From Chiloscyllium plagiosum (lineage: Eukaryota), in contig NC_057719.1 of the NCBI RefSeq assembly GCF_004010195.1, positions 51,466,920-51,530,919 of the forward strand: a stretch of 64,000 nt of DNA. Direction: 5' to 3'. A program made the translations under genes and the position numbers. Shown here one piece after another: positions 12,557 to 25,366 of the stretch. Each line of letters starts with the position of its first letter. Within the stretch, counting starts at the first letter, position 1. The notes beneath the pieces were generated by a model, which was not told the DNA's origin, ran no database searches, and saw only the letters and a list, made by a program, of their open reading frames with translations.

Positions 12557-13088
12557 ACAAACAGGAGGTTGGAAGAACACAGCAAGACAGATAGCATCAG
12601 GAGGTGGAGAAGTCAATGTTTTGGGTATTAACCCTTCTTCAGGACTAAATGTGGGGGTAAAGCAAGCTACAGATAAAGGGAGGGTGGGGTGGGGAGAGTG
12701 GTGAGGTACTGATAGGTGAATACAGGTAGTGGGTATGACCAGGTTGGTCGATGGGAAGGATGAATCCTGTTGATAGCTGAAAGGAAGGGTCGATAGGTGG
12801 AATGAGAGGGAGGAGGCAGGGCTGGAAAGAGAGTAGAGGGCTGGGTGGGAAGGTTATTTGAAATTAGAGAAATCAATGTTGAGTCTTCTGGGCTGTGGGC
12901 TGCCCAGGCAGAAAATAAGGCATTGTTCCTCTAATTTGCAGAATGATTCAGTGTGGCAATGGAGGAGGCTGACGATGGAGATGTCAGGGAGGGAGTGGGA
13001 AGGGGAATTGAAATAGACTGTGACCGGGAGATCAGGCTGGCCGCTTCGGGCCCGGCGAAGATACTCAGCGAAACAGTCACCTTGGTCT
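12557..13088 (-). mobile_element. PLE 3' portion with GIY-YIG C-terminal remnant and hammerhead at ~12615-12642
   Basis: Minus strand has GGTGACTGTTTCGCTGAGTATCTT (GDCFAEYL, cf. GDRFAEHL), CAAATTAGAGGAACAATGCCTTATTTTC (KLEEQxLIF) and AGTC-CTGAAGAAGGGTTAATACCCAAAACATT-GACT. Confidence 0.8.
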
Positions 13089-13577
13089 AATGTCAGGAAA
13101 GAATAATCCAGGGTTTAATTGTTCCTGAGACAAATGTATCTTTTTTTGGGGCTATGGTTGAGCAGCCTTGTTGCTAGGTATGGGACAAGACTTTCCCTTT
13201 ATTCCCTGAGTTTAAGTGGCAAACAATAGGTTAGTTTGACCACCAGAACAACTCAGCCAACAGACAGTGCCCAGGTGAGTATCTCTCCCAACCAAGCACC
13301 ACAACACTGGGTGTACTAGGTTGTCAAACTTATGCCAGTAGTTTTTGGATCCTAAAGTTGTCTATTAAAGTCTACACTAGAGGGCATCCAACAGCAATGA
13401 GGCAAGTCTTTCTTTTCTTTGTGTAGTGTGGTTGGAGTTGCAAGGAGAAAGGAGTCAGAGGATTGGAGTCAAGTGAATGGGGATGGTCTTCTGAGGCCAC
13501 ACTCTTGTCCAGCATTTATGCCTTTGATTGCTCCCAAATGGGGAAATTGGAGACTCACATCAAACCCAGCTGGTTGT

Positions 13578-13666
13578 TCAAAACCAGAAATTGCTGGGAA
13601 ATCTCAGCAGGTCTGCCAGCATCTGTGAAGACAAAGTATTTCAGATCCAGCAACCTTTCTTCAGAA
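13578..13666 (-). mobile_element. PLE mini-fragment (family B)
   Basis: GAAATTGCTGGGAAATCTCAGCAGGTCTGCCAGCATCTGTG...CTTTCTTCAGAA. Confidence 0.65.
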
Positions 13667-13744
13667 ATGGTAGTTTGTCTTGGTTTTCCAAACGGGACAC
13701 TTTACCCACCTGCCACAGAAGCAGGTGATCAGAGAGATGATCAT

Positions 13745-13837
13745 GGATGGGTGCTTAAACTAGGATAAATGTTCGGCACAACATCGTGGGCCGAAGGGCC
13801 TGTTCTGTGCTGCATTGTTCTATGTTCTATGTTCTAT
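13745..13837 (+). mobile_element. CR1 3' UTR tip with (TTCTATG)n tail
   Basis: GGCACAACATCGTGGGCCGAAGGGCCTGTTCTGTGCTGCATTGTTCTATGTTCTATG matches 22885-22961. Confidence 0.8.
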
Positions 13838-15891
13838 ATAACAAGTTGAGTACCTTGATTGGCCATTAATTGATCACTTACTCAGCCACTAACTTATTGA
13901 ATGACAAAGGAAGTTTGAGGGGCTGAATGGGCTACTCCTGCTCCCTTTTTATATGTTCTATTATTTAAAATTTCAAACATGTAGAATTTAACTTCATCCA
14001 TTTTGTGAATTTGATGTTATATTTTGGAACCCAAACATTCCCCCACTTGTTCATAATAAACAGAGTAAAAATCATACTAAATCTGTCTGCAGAAGCAAAA
14101 ACCCATCCACTATTAGATGTGATTCATAACTAGGAGCTATTGCTAAACAATCCAGAGTACACTAACAGCTGTACTAACGGCCAATTTAAGATAATCTGCC
14201 AAACTTGTAAAGTGATTATTTTATACTTCCTAAATGTGATATATATTCATATGCAAAGACCTATTTTCTGCAAAGAAAAGATGTATGTTCAAGCCTTGTG
14301 CCTTTTCTGAATTACCTGGGAACCTGAGAAGCCTATATTTCTCTGCTGCTTTCTTCAGAACAATATCACAGTCAATCAGGATAGACTTGCCAAATAATGA
14401 GCAGTCTTTCCTCCTGTAATAAAAACTGTTATGATTATTTAAAACTTGGCATGATCATTTTTATCTTAATGAGTACAAAACTTCAGCACCGTGTCTCTCT
14501 TTTCGACAATATTTGAGGAAAATAAATTGTTCACTGAATATTAATGGGCAGAAGTTTATCTTCTCACATACAGACATTTAATATAGGTGGCACACAAAGG
14601 AGACTACCCAGAATTTCTCACACTTTTTTTTGAAATGCAGTTGTATGCTCCTAGTACAAATCCACAGCTGGAAGCACAGAAGTCAAAAGGTTGTCAGGAT
14701 TTCCTGGGCAAGATGATAAATGTCCAGGCGCAACTTCTGAAAAGTCACACCTGCAATTCCTGTTGACTTCAGTTTGAAATTGGACTTTTCCTGTGACGTA
14801 TAATGCTGAGATGAGCCAGGAATTGCTTAATTCCCAGGAACAGGAAAGCCAGTCCTAGTCAGACAAATGTTAAGGATCTGCATTAAAGCTGAAATCAAAG
14901 AAAAGGAAACAAATTCAGGTTGTATCTAAAGCACAAGAAACAGTGCAATAGTCAGAAACCAAAACAAAGAGTCTGTAAATGAAGACAACTTCAACAAAAG
15001 GCCAGCCAAGATAATTATGCTTTTCTGTCAGCGATATGTGCTGAGCAGGAACGTTTAAAGGTTCACCTGAATCAAGGAAGAAATGTAACAGAATTCATGG
15101 GTCAGAAAAGACATGTCCACAAAAGTAAAGCCTTCATGGGTTTACATTACCACCAGTGCAAGCCCATGAGCAAATCAAGTTGAAAGTCCTATACTGTTAC
15201 AACATGGGAGCTGATTTTTAACCCCTTAATACTAGCAACTTTAGTGTCAAAAATGTAAATGAACTTCTGACTTAATTAATAACTAGAACAAAATACCCAG
15301 GAATCTACTGACATTTCTGGGATCAAACAACAATCCAGTCAAGGCATCCCAATTGTATGGGGGGTGGGGGGGAGGGTGAAAGGTCATCTTCACAACAGTG
15401 GGATGAAAGTTGGGAACTTTTTTTAGCAGTGGATTATAGATAGATTGCGTTTCCCAATGCTATTCATGAGCAAAGCATGCATACTTCATTAGAATACATG
15501 GTCATCAGATTAAATTGCACTTTTGCAATTACATTGGCATCAAATGAGAAATAGGTACTTTCAAATTCATGACTGCATAAAAGTGGAACATAGCAGGCAG
15601 GATAGTCTTCCTCGTGGGATGAGTAGGACCTTCTTTTTTTAAATGAGGACTCTTTGAGACAAAAGGAGCAAACATTGAGCTATTGTTTAAGGGGTCTAGG
15701 ATATAGTTGTCCATGAATGGGAGGTTGAGGCATGGTCAGTGGAAGGGTCATGGGTAACACAGGAAACTGGATGACAGAGAGAAGGTCAACCTCTATCACT
15801 ACAGCTCAAGGATAATAGAGGGAGTTTAGGGGTGATTAAAGGAATACTGAGGGAGATTATTGTCAGGTCCAGGGTGTGGGGCCCTGTAACC

Positions 15892-16226
15892 AGGGTTGCC
15901 AACCTCCCAGGATTGGCCTAGAGTCTCCAAGAATTGAAAATCAATCTTAAGGATACTGCTTTGTGCAGCCCTAGAGAGAGAAAAACAATTGGGACATTAA
16001 AAAAGATATATTTTTGTCATTTTCTTTGAATATTTCTCTTTATCAGATATGAAAGTGCAGGAAGTTGATTGACAGTCAAGCATCATCCAGTTGAGTAATG
16101 AGTCTTCTTATTTTCCAGCTGGTTGAGAAAGTCAGTGTGTCATGTGCGTTGGCTGACTAATTGCAGATGCATAGCAGTAATCATGATAAAACTTCCAGAA
16201 ATACATGAATTGTAGTTGGCAGCCCT
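15892..16226. mobile_element. Old non-autonomous DNA transposon
   Basis: Terminal inverted repeats AGGGTTGCCAAC / GTTGGCAGCCCT; superfamily not determined. Confidence 0.5.
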
Positions 16227-16514
16227 TCCACAACTTCTGGCATTTAGACGTAAAAAGGCTTTAGACCCTTGGCAAGAACAAGCCCATATGCACACATCAA
16301 AGCCACAGACACCTCTGACTTGGAAGAAGGCAGCACATGTTTCAGTCATACACACATTCCAGTACTGGCAAAGCATTGTTAAGAACTAACATCAGTTCAC
16401 CTACAAAATATAGAATATCTCCACTGCAGATGGTACTGTGACAACAGCTTCTGAGGGGTAGTCAGGGGATGAACAACATAATCAAACAGGACAATGAACT
16501 GTAGCTGCTAGAGA

Positions 16515-16860
16515 TATGAAACAAAAACTGAAATTGCTGGAGAAGCTCAGCAGGTCTAACAACATCTATGGGAAGAAATCAGAGTTCACATTTCAAGTCT
16601 GGTAACTTTCAGTCAGAACTGTTAGTAGCTAGGAAAATATTTATGCTAAAGCTGAAGTGGGTTGGGGGGCGAAGGGGAGAGGTGAATGGATAGATGTAGG
16701 CAGAGGCAGGAATGAAAGAGATATGAAAGAAGCAGGTAAACAAGGAGATTTCCATAGCAGGTCAGGGCAGAAGAAAATCTGAATAAGGGACAATAAGAGC
16801 TACAAGTAGGAAAATGGGTAAACTGTACTGAATGCAATTCATACAATATGATAAGAGACC
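16515..16860 (-). mobile_element. Old PLE 3' end (family B)
   Basis: GAAATTGCTGGAGAAGCTCAGCAGGTCTAACAACATCT followed by a purine-rich body; right boundary uncertain. Confidence 0.55.
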
Positions 16861-16871
16861 TAGGTGGATGT

Positions 16872-17345
16872 GAGAGAAAGTGACGAGTGCAGATGCTGGA
16901 GATCAGAGTCGAAAAGTGTGGCACTGAAAAAGCACAGCTGGTCAGGCAGCATCCAAAGAGCAGGAGAGCCGATGTTTCGGGCATAAGCCCTTCATCAGAA
17001 ATGTAGGAGGTGGAGGGGCTGAGAGATAAATAGGAGGGTGGGGGAAAGGGAGCTGGGAAGGAGGTAGGTCAATGCAGATGGGGGTGATAGTGATAGGTTG
17101 GAGAGGAGGGTGGAGTGGATAGGTGGGAAGGAAGATGGACAGGTAAGACAGTTCATGAGGGCATTGCTGAGTTGGAGGATTGGATCTGGGATGAGGTAGT
17201 GGGAGGGGAAGTGAGGAAACTCGACGTTGATACCGTGTGGTTGGAGGGTCACAAGGCAGACGATGAGGCATCTTCCTCCAGTCTTCAGGGGGCTTGCATT
17301 TGGTGGTGGGGGAGGCCTGTAGTTGGCCACAAGGTGGTGGGGTTG
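16872..17345 (-). mobile_element. PLE 3' portion (family A) with tail and hammerhead at 16971-16998
   Basis: GAGAAAGTGACGAGTGCAGATGCTGGAGATCAGAG tail. Minus strand has CTGATGAAGGGCTTATGCCCGAAACATC and a TLQPHGINVEF-type C-terminus. Confidence 0.8.
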
Positions 17346-19086
17346 TTTGGTGCATGTGTCCCAGTGATGTTACCTGAAACGTTCTGTGAGTGGCAGGAGA
17401 ATGTGGGAATGGGTGACTGTGCTAAAAGTGACCCATATCATGGTAGGACTGGCTGTGGTGGGTAAAAAACATGGAAGGATGAAATCAGGCTCTAAATTAA
17501 AACTTGATATTGAGCCCTCTCTAAGGGCATTGTGGGTCAAACCACAGCAGGTGGACTGCAGCCATTCAAAAAGACAGCTAATCACTATCTTCTCCAGGAC
17601 ACGGTCAATAAATGTTGGCCCAGCCAGCAATGCTCACATCCCATGAATGAATAAAATAAATGTTGTCTTCAGAAATGTCACCTTTCTCCTCATTCACAGT
17701 CATTAATATACTCATTCTCACCTACTCCTATGCACATTATCACATTATATGGGTTGTATTTCATAATCCATTTTCTCACTCTTAGATCTTATTATCATTT
17801 TTTCAGCTTTTCTACGATCTTGGCTTGCTATCCCTAATCCCTTTGTTTACGCTTCCTTTCATTTCTCGTCCTCCTTCCCTTTCTGGTCTCTGTCTCCATC
17901 TATCTGCTCACCTCAACCCCTCCCCCTCCCCATTTCAGCTTCAGTATAAATATGTTTTATTCTGACTCACCACACTGCTTTCTTCCCACACATGCTACCA
18001 GAGCTGCTGAGTTTTTCAATGAAAAATAAAGAATGCTTTGCCATTGAGGCAAACAACAGCTTACTCTTGGAGCAGCCTGAAATGACGTGTGTGTTTGCGG
18101 ATGCTCATCCTCCTTGCCAATGTGTGATAGTGTCTCCTTAACTCCAAGATGGGAAGAGGCACATGGATAGAAGTCTAACCAATTGTGTTTAGAGTCAAAA
18201 CCAGAATGGAGAAGTGCAGGTCTGACCACATGTCTGACAACCACTAAATTTTCTGCTGGAGAATTTTCAGTCCTCCATTGTCATCACCAACCTGTCCAAA
18301 TAGGAAGGCTAGGACCGAGACAAAACTCCTGGCTGGGGTGGGCTCCTTCCCTCTCTGCGGAAAACTGTATAAAGGAGAACATAAAGCATGAACTTGATGT
18401 TATGTTAATCCTATTCCCCAATGCAGCATCACATGTGCCTTGACCAGTTCTCGACATCATTTGGAGAAATTGTCAGTCTATTATCTTGACACTCAGGCCA
18501 TAGCATTGACAACTGAGCATCCAACCCACTCCCCAGTGGATCACGAGCATCCTCCTCAGCAGGGTTCACTATGCACAAGTAAAGTGCGCTGCCACATTCT
18601 TTATGCATTCCCTTACATGTACAAACCTGGTATATGTAGTCCACACATGTACTCTCTTGTAACTGGTGCAATTTTAACTGCATGTCCTGGTTCCAATGCA
18701 CTCAGCCTACATTTTCCGTCTGCTGCTGAGGTTTCAAAACCTGTCTGGAATACTTCCTCACTGGCACACTTACGTAGTTTGATGCCATCATGAGTCTCAC
18801 TTTGTAGTGATTACTTTTAAGAGCAACATAACTTTAAGATTAATTTTTGTGTGTTAAGATGGGTGATATGGTGTTAGTATTATTTCAGAGCTGGTTTTGT
18901 GGGTTAGTGCAGGATGTCTGTTTGTGCACATGCATTTTTAGTAAGGAATGATAATGCTGAAGTGAAGAGATGGGTGTTTGTAATTTGCTGTAATGTAAAA
19001 AGTAAAGAAAAAGACTCTGCTGTTGCCTCGCGACAGAGATCCAGGGACATAGATGTAGAAAAATCAAGAAGTCAGTCAGTAAATGT

Positions 19087-19139
19087 GGGTGGCACGGTGG
19101 CACAGTGGTTAGCACTGCTGCCTCACAGCGCCAGAGACC
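19087..19139 (+). mobile_element. HE1-like SINE head fragment
   Basis: GGCACGGTGGCACAGTGGTTAGCACTGCTGCCTCACAGCGCCAGAGACC. Confidence 0.75.
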
Positions 19140-19218
19140 AATGTATGGTTATACCAGAAAATGGAAGCAACAGTAAACTCTCTCATAAGAAATCCTGCAA
19201 TACTGCTGAGAACTGAGC

Positions 19219-20143
19219 CATAGAGTCATAGAAATGTACAGCATGGAAACAGACCCTTCAGTCCAACCCGTCCATGCTGACCAGATATCCCAAAACAATC
19301 TAGTCCGACCTGCCAGCACCCAGCCCATATGCCTCCAAACCCTTCCTACTTGTATACCCATCCAAATGCCTCTTAAATGTTGCAATTGTACCAGCCTCCA
19401 CCACTTCCTCTGGCAGCTCATTCCTTACGCATACCACACTCTGTGTGAAAAGGTTGCCCCTTAGGTCTCTTTTATATCTTTCCCCTCGCACCCTAAACCT
19501 ATGCCTCTAGTTCTGGACTCCCCCACCCCAGGAAAATACTTTGTCTATTTGTCTTATCCATGCCCCTCATAATTTTGTAAACCTCTATAAGGTCACCCCT
19601 CAGCCTCTGACGTTCCAAGGAAAACAGCACCAGCCTGTGCGGCCTCTCCATATAGGTCAAATCCTCCAATCTTGGCAACATCCTTGTAAATCTTTTCTGA
19701 ACCCTTACTTTCAAGGAGCTATGAACTTGCACTCCAAGGTCTCTTTGTTCAGCAAAACTCCTGAGGATCTTACCATTAAGTGCATAAGTCCTGCTGAGAT
19801 TTGCTTTCCCAAAATGCAGCACCTCACATTTATCTGAATTAAACTCCATCTGCCACTCCTCAGCCCATTGACCCATCTGGTCAAGATCCCGTTGAAATCT
19901 TCGCTGTCCACTACACCTCCAATCTTGGTGTCATCTGCAAACTTACTAACTGCACTACTTATGCTCGCACCCAAATCATTTATGCAAATGACAAAAAGTA
20001 GAGGGCCCAGCACCGATCCTTGTGGCATTCCACTGGTCACAGGCCTCCAGTCTGAAAAACAACCCTCCACCACCACCCCCTGTCTTCTATCTTTGTGCCA
20101 GTTCTGTATCCAAATGGCTAGCTCTCCCTGTATTCTGTGAGAT
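19219..20143 (-). mobile_element. CR1 LINE, 5'-truncated and internally deleted (RT and 3' end)
   Basis: [19 protein letters not shown]...KFADDTK. Collinear with 48884-50000 except for a ~180-bp deletion near 19706. Confidence 0.92.
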
Positions 20144-20153
20144 AAATGCGCGT

Positions 20154-20224
20154 TGCATCGGCCGGGAATCAAACCCGGGCCTCCCGCGTGGCAGACAAGA
20201 ATTCTACCACTGAACCACCGATGC
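20154..20224 (-). tRNA. tRNA-Gly(GCC), probably a retroposed pseudogene
   Basis: GCATCGGTGGTTCAGTGGTAGAATTCTTGTCTGCCACGCGGGAGGCCCGGGTTTGATTCCCGGCCGATGCA: full cloverleaf with GCC anticodon. C>T changes weaken the anticodon stem and B-box (GTTTGA). No CCA. Confidence 0.9.
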
Positions 20225-20236
20225 ACAAAAATCTGC

Positions 20237-20300
20237 TTCCCTGACCGGGAATCAAACCCGGGCTGTGGCAGTGAGAGCGACAAATCCTGACCACCAGGGA
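20237..20300 (-). tRNA. tRNA-Glu(CTC) pseudogene
   Basis: TCCCTGGTGGTC-AGGATTTGTCGCTCTCACTGCCACAGCCCGGGTTTGATTCCCGGTCAGGGAA matches vertebrate tRNA-Glu-CTC with an ~8-nt D-loop deletion and CpG decay. No CCA. Confidence 0.85.
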
Positions 20301-21456
20301 GACAAAACCAAGGGAACTCATGTTTGTTCTGAAGTTTAATATAGAGTTCAGTTTACAACTTGTTTTAAGTGTCTCAGGGAGAGACACCAGCTGGAGGAAA
20401 ACATGTAGTGAATGCACAGGAATTTGCCAGAAGCAAACTGCTTGCATATGTGCCAGCTTGGGCAAAAAGCCTTCGAGTGGAGATTTTCGTTGGGCTTGGT
20501 GCTTATAAGGATATTGTATGAATTTCAATGTTTTTTCTGGTTGTGCTGATATCTTTCCAACCATTTTGTCTAATGTAATAATTTTTTGTTTAATAAACAT
20601 TTTATTCTTTGTGTAGAAGGTAAACTTGCAGAATTTTGTAAATGTGTTGATAACTGATCTCCATGGTTAATTGAAAAACAAAGTTAGGGTTGATCAAATC
20701 AGGGTTTACTCTGGGATCTGATAAGTCCAGTATTAATATCATAACATTACATCATAAGTCATTAATCCTTTTGTCACGTTAGATTCCATTCTGAGTCACC
20801 TTGGTCAATGCGAGCTCTGGTTGCTATTGCTTGGAAATGGGGTCTTCTGCCATTATCTGATAGCTGGGGAAGATCCTGGAGGGAAGCATTGCTAAACTAT
20901 GTTCTCTATGTTGAGGTATTTGTCCACTTTTGAATTGGTGACAGCGGTAATTGGAATCCACATGTGGACAGGGAGTGCTAGCAGTTGCAGAAATTCTAGT
21001 ATAGCAGGTGAGTAGAGGGTCACAGCAGTTCTAGATCAGACTCCAAGTCTAACATAGCCAGAAAAAACAGTTGACTTTCAGGGTATGGATATCTACTCAG
21101 GAGCTGTTTAAATATGATACCATACCTTCAACTGCTCCTACCTCCATGCAATAACAGCAATGATGGCAACTTGCTGCTCACAACCCTTCCTCGTAATTGG
21201 TCATGCTCCTCGACAGGCTGGCATGTGGCCAATTGTCTGGCCTCTAAGCAGAAGTTCTGTTCATTTTTGGTCCTACCTTTGAGCTAATCACTTCAGCAGC
21301 ACATTTCCTTCCTCTGATGTTACTTCTGCAGGGTTTTCAAGCAGGGGGAGAACTTCTGTTGGTAGGAGGCTGTAGGGCTTTAACAGCTGCTCTGGTGAAG
21401 CACTTTGAGATGCTTTGCTGTGTCAAAGGAAGTATTCTTTCTACTATAGGTTACTA

Positions 21457-22961
21457 CAGGAAGCGAATGAAGAGATCGCTGTGCGTTTGGCGATGACCTT
21501 TGCATCCTCACTGTCCACTTGAGTACTGCCAGATGATTGGAAGGCAATAAATGTTATTCGCTTGTTCAAGAAAGGGAATAGGGATAATTACAGACCAGTT
21601 AGTCTTACGTCTGTAGTGGGCAAATTATGGGAGTTGTTTTTGAGAGACAGGATTTAGGATTACTTGGAAAATCATAGCTTGATTAGAGATAATCAGCATG
21701 GCTTTGTGAGGGGCAGATCATGCCTCACAAACGTTATTGAATTCTTTGAGGATGTGACAAAACATATTGATGAAGGTAGAGCAGTGGATGTGGTGTACAT
21801 GGATTTTAGCATGGCGTTTGATGAAGTTCCCTACAGTAGGTTTATTCAGAAAGTAAGGAGGCATGGATTAAAGGGAAATCTGGCTGTTTGAATACAGAAC
21901 GGGCTGGCCCATAGAAGATAGAGGGTAGTAATCGATGAAAAGTATTCAGCCTGGAGCTTGGTGACCAGTGGTTTTCTGCAGGGATCGGTTCTGGGACCTC
22001 TGCTCTTTGTGATTTCTATAAATGACTTGGATGAGGAAGTGGAAAGGTGGGTTAGTAAGTTTGCCAATGACACGAAGGTTGGTGGAGTGGTGGATAGTGT
22101 GGAGAGCGGTTGTGGGTTGCAGCGGGACATTGACAGGATGCAGAACTGGGCTGATAAATAGCAGATGGAATTCAACCTGGAAAATTGTGAAGTGATTAAT
22201 TTTGGAAGGTCGAATTTGAGTACAGAATACAAGTTTAAAGGCAGGATTCTAGGCAGTATGGAAGAATAGAAGGGATCTTGGGGTCCATGTCCATAGATCC
22301 CTCAAAGTTCCTGCCAACTTGGTAGAGTTGTTAAGAAGGTGTATGGTGTTTTGGGTTTCATTAGCAGGGGGATTGAGTTTTAGAGCTGCAAGGTTTTGCT
22401 GCAGCTCTTCAGAGCTCTAGTTAGACCACACTTGGAATATTGTATTTAGTTCTGGTTATCTCATTACAGGAAAGATGTGGCAGCTTTAGAAAGGGTGCAG
22501 AGGAGGTTTACTAGGATGCTGCCTGGATTAGAGGGCATGTCTTATGAAGTAACGTTGAGGGATTTAGGACTTTTGTCATTGGAGCAAAGAAAGATGAGAG
22601 ATGACTTGATGGAGGTGTACACAAGATGGTGAATGGCATAGGTAGTGTGGATAGTCAGAGACTCATTCCCAAGGTGGAAATGGCTATCACAAGGGGGCAT
22701 AATTTTAAGGTGATTGGAGGAAGGTTTAGGGGAGATGTCTTTACATAGAGAGTGGTGGGTGCATGGAATGCACTGCACTGTCAGCGATGGTAGTAGAGTT
22801 AGATACATTAGGGACATTTAAACAACTCTAGGATAGGCATATGGAAGATAGTACAATGAAGGGTATGTCAGTTAGTTTGATCTTAGAGTAGGATAAACGG
22901 TCGGCACAACATTGAGGGATGAAGGGCCTGTACTGTTCTATGATCTATATATTCTATGTTC
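21457..22961 (+). mobile_element. CR1 LINE, 5'-truncated, decayed ORF2 (RT)
   Basis: [33 protein letters not shown] and KFANDTK motifs; TTCTATG tail. Confidence 0.92.
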
Positions 22962-24289
22962 AAATGCAAGTCGTTGCTGTAATCTTATCCAAATTTCAAT
23001 TCTTTGCCATCAGAAGCCAATTTTGATGCCATCATCCTAGCAACACATTCCCAATGAAGTCCTGATCTATTATCTCATCTCTTACAGTAATTTAATGCTT
23101 CTTGCCTTCTTTCTCAACAACATTATATCATTTTGAACACACTGGCATACAAATGACCTTCGATTATGCCATCTGCACCTTCACCATTGCACTAAAATGT
23201 TCCTTCTACGTTCACTGTGTGAAAGTTACTTCCAAGACTGACCTTTTAAAGAAAACTATTCAAATCTGACATCAACACAAATATTTTATGAAGCAACATT
23301 GTTTACTATGACTCCAGTTTGCAAAACAAACTTCATTGGAAAAGGTGATGTGTGCAATTATCATTAAGTACACAGAGCAACAGAAATGTTTGCACAGTGA
23401 ATGGTTAGAACTGCAGGTAATGAATATTTCTTGCATATTGAGTTATTGTGCTCTTCTATTAAATGCACCAACATTCGCTGAGAAAACTATGTTGCATATT
23501 CAACTCTTAAACTCGCAGAAGTCCACATTAAGATCGTCAAATTTATCTTGAATCAATCTATTAACACATAATCCACATGTTATTTTTGACTAGCAACAAA
23601 AATAATTTTGTTCTGTGTTTATTTTGATAATTTAGCTGAGAGGCAGGCAATTGTCTCAACTTGTTTCTTCTGAGACTGATTATGATTAGATGTTCATGAA
23701 CTTAACCTCTCATGATAGAACTATTCATTTAGATGAATCAGTGAAGATATAAAAATGGTTTTACAAGATTAGGAAGGTGGCACAACAATGCTATCTCTGT
23801 TTCAATGTTTCTGGGTCATTGCTTCTGAAAGATAAATCTATTTATTGCATCATGGCCCATGTCTTGTACCATAATGATCCCAATATTAAAAAATGGATGT
23901 GGGACCATGCTTGTTTTTGGTGCAGGCAACATGCAAGCTTTATGTTGACAGCTCATTTAAATGATAAAAGTAAACAGCCTGTGCCAAACATATTATATAA
24001 TGTCTACACGCCTGAGCCCTGGGCATAAAATCATGACAGGCTAGCAAAAATTATACTAGTCAACAACATTAAATTCAGCCAGCACCTCTTAAAGTGAAGC
24101 TGAATTTTGGTTGGACTGTGTGTTGGAAGAAACTGTAAAAGCAATTTTGACAATGCAAAGAGACAGGAATGGCAAAGCAAAACAGCAAGCCAACTTCAAG
24201 ACTGCTACCGAATACTTTGTACCACTGCCATGATACTGGGATTGACCTCCAAGACTAAGTGTGACATCTAAAAGCCCTAGCCAAACTGG

Positions 24290-25366
24290 TGTCAATTAGA
24301 ACAAGGGGAAAATCTTTGCTAGTTGGAGTTACAGGTAGCAAAAGGAAGATGGTTGTGATTATTGGACGTCAGTTATCTCAGCTTTAGGGCATCTCTGCAG
24401 GACGCCCTCAGGGTAGTGTCCAAGGCACAACCATCTTGAGCTGCTTCATCAATGAACTTGTCTCCATCTTAAGGTCAGAAGTGGAGATGTTCACCAATTA
24501 TTGCACAATTTTCAGTACCATTCTTGAATCTTCAGATGCTGAAACAGTCCACGTCCAAATGCAGCAGGACCTGGATAATATCCAGGCTTAGGCTGACAAG
24601 TAGCAAATAACATTCATACCATACAAATGCCAGTCAATGATCATCTCCAATAAGAGAGAATTCAACCATTGCCATTGAAGTTTATTGTCGTTATCATTGC
24701 TGAATTCTGCACTATCAGTATCCTGGGGGTTACCATTGACCAGAAACTGAAGCAGACTTACCATGTCAATACTGTGGATACAAAAGCAAGTCAGAGGCAT
24801 AGAAACCTGTAACAAGTAAATCACCTCCTGATTCCCCAAACCCCCTAAGGCACAAGTTAGGAGTGTGATGGAATATTCCCACTTGCCTGAATAAGTGCAA
24901 CTCCAACATCACTCAGGAGCTTCACAGTACTCATGACAAAGCAGCCCACTTGACTAGTCTCACACCCACAAATATCCATTCACTTCACCACTGACACATT
25001 CAGTGTTAACAGTGTATACCATCAACAGGATGCACAGCAGAAATTTACTAAGGGTCCTTAGGTAGCACCTTCTAAACACTTCTATCTAAAGTACAAGGCA
25101 TAAGATTCATGGGAACATTATGGCCTGCAAGTTCCTCTCCACTTCAATCATCATCCTGACTTGAAACTATATTGCTGCTCTTTCACTGTCTCTGGGCCAA
25201 AATCCTGGTACTCACTCCTGGATGGCATTGTGGTGTGCCAACAACAAATGGACTGCAGCAGTTTAAGAAGGCAGCTTGCCATCACTTTCTCAAGTTCAAA
25301 TAGGGCTGGGCAATAAATGCTGGCCTGGCCAGGGACACCAGTGTTCCATGAATGAATAAGAAAAAA
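24290..25366 (+). mobile_element. CR1-group LINE (second family), RT and 3' end
   Basis: PQGSVxGxTI, VEMFTNYC (FADD-like) and QQDLDNIQA motifs; tail AATAAATGCTGGCCTGGCCAG...CCATGAATGAATAAGAAAAAA. Confidence 0.8.

Noticed and set aside
20154..20300. Functional tRNA gene cluster or LTR primer-binding site
   Set aside because: Both B-boxes are mutated and the Glu copy has a D-loop deletion. A primer-binding site would be ~18 nt complementary to a CCA end, not whole tRNAs.
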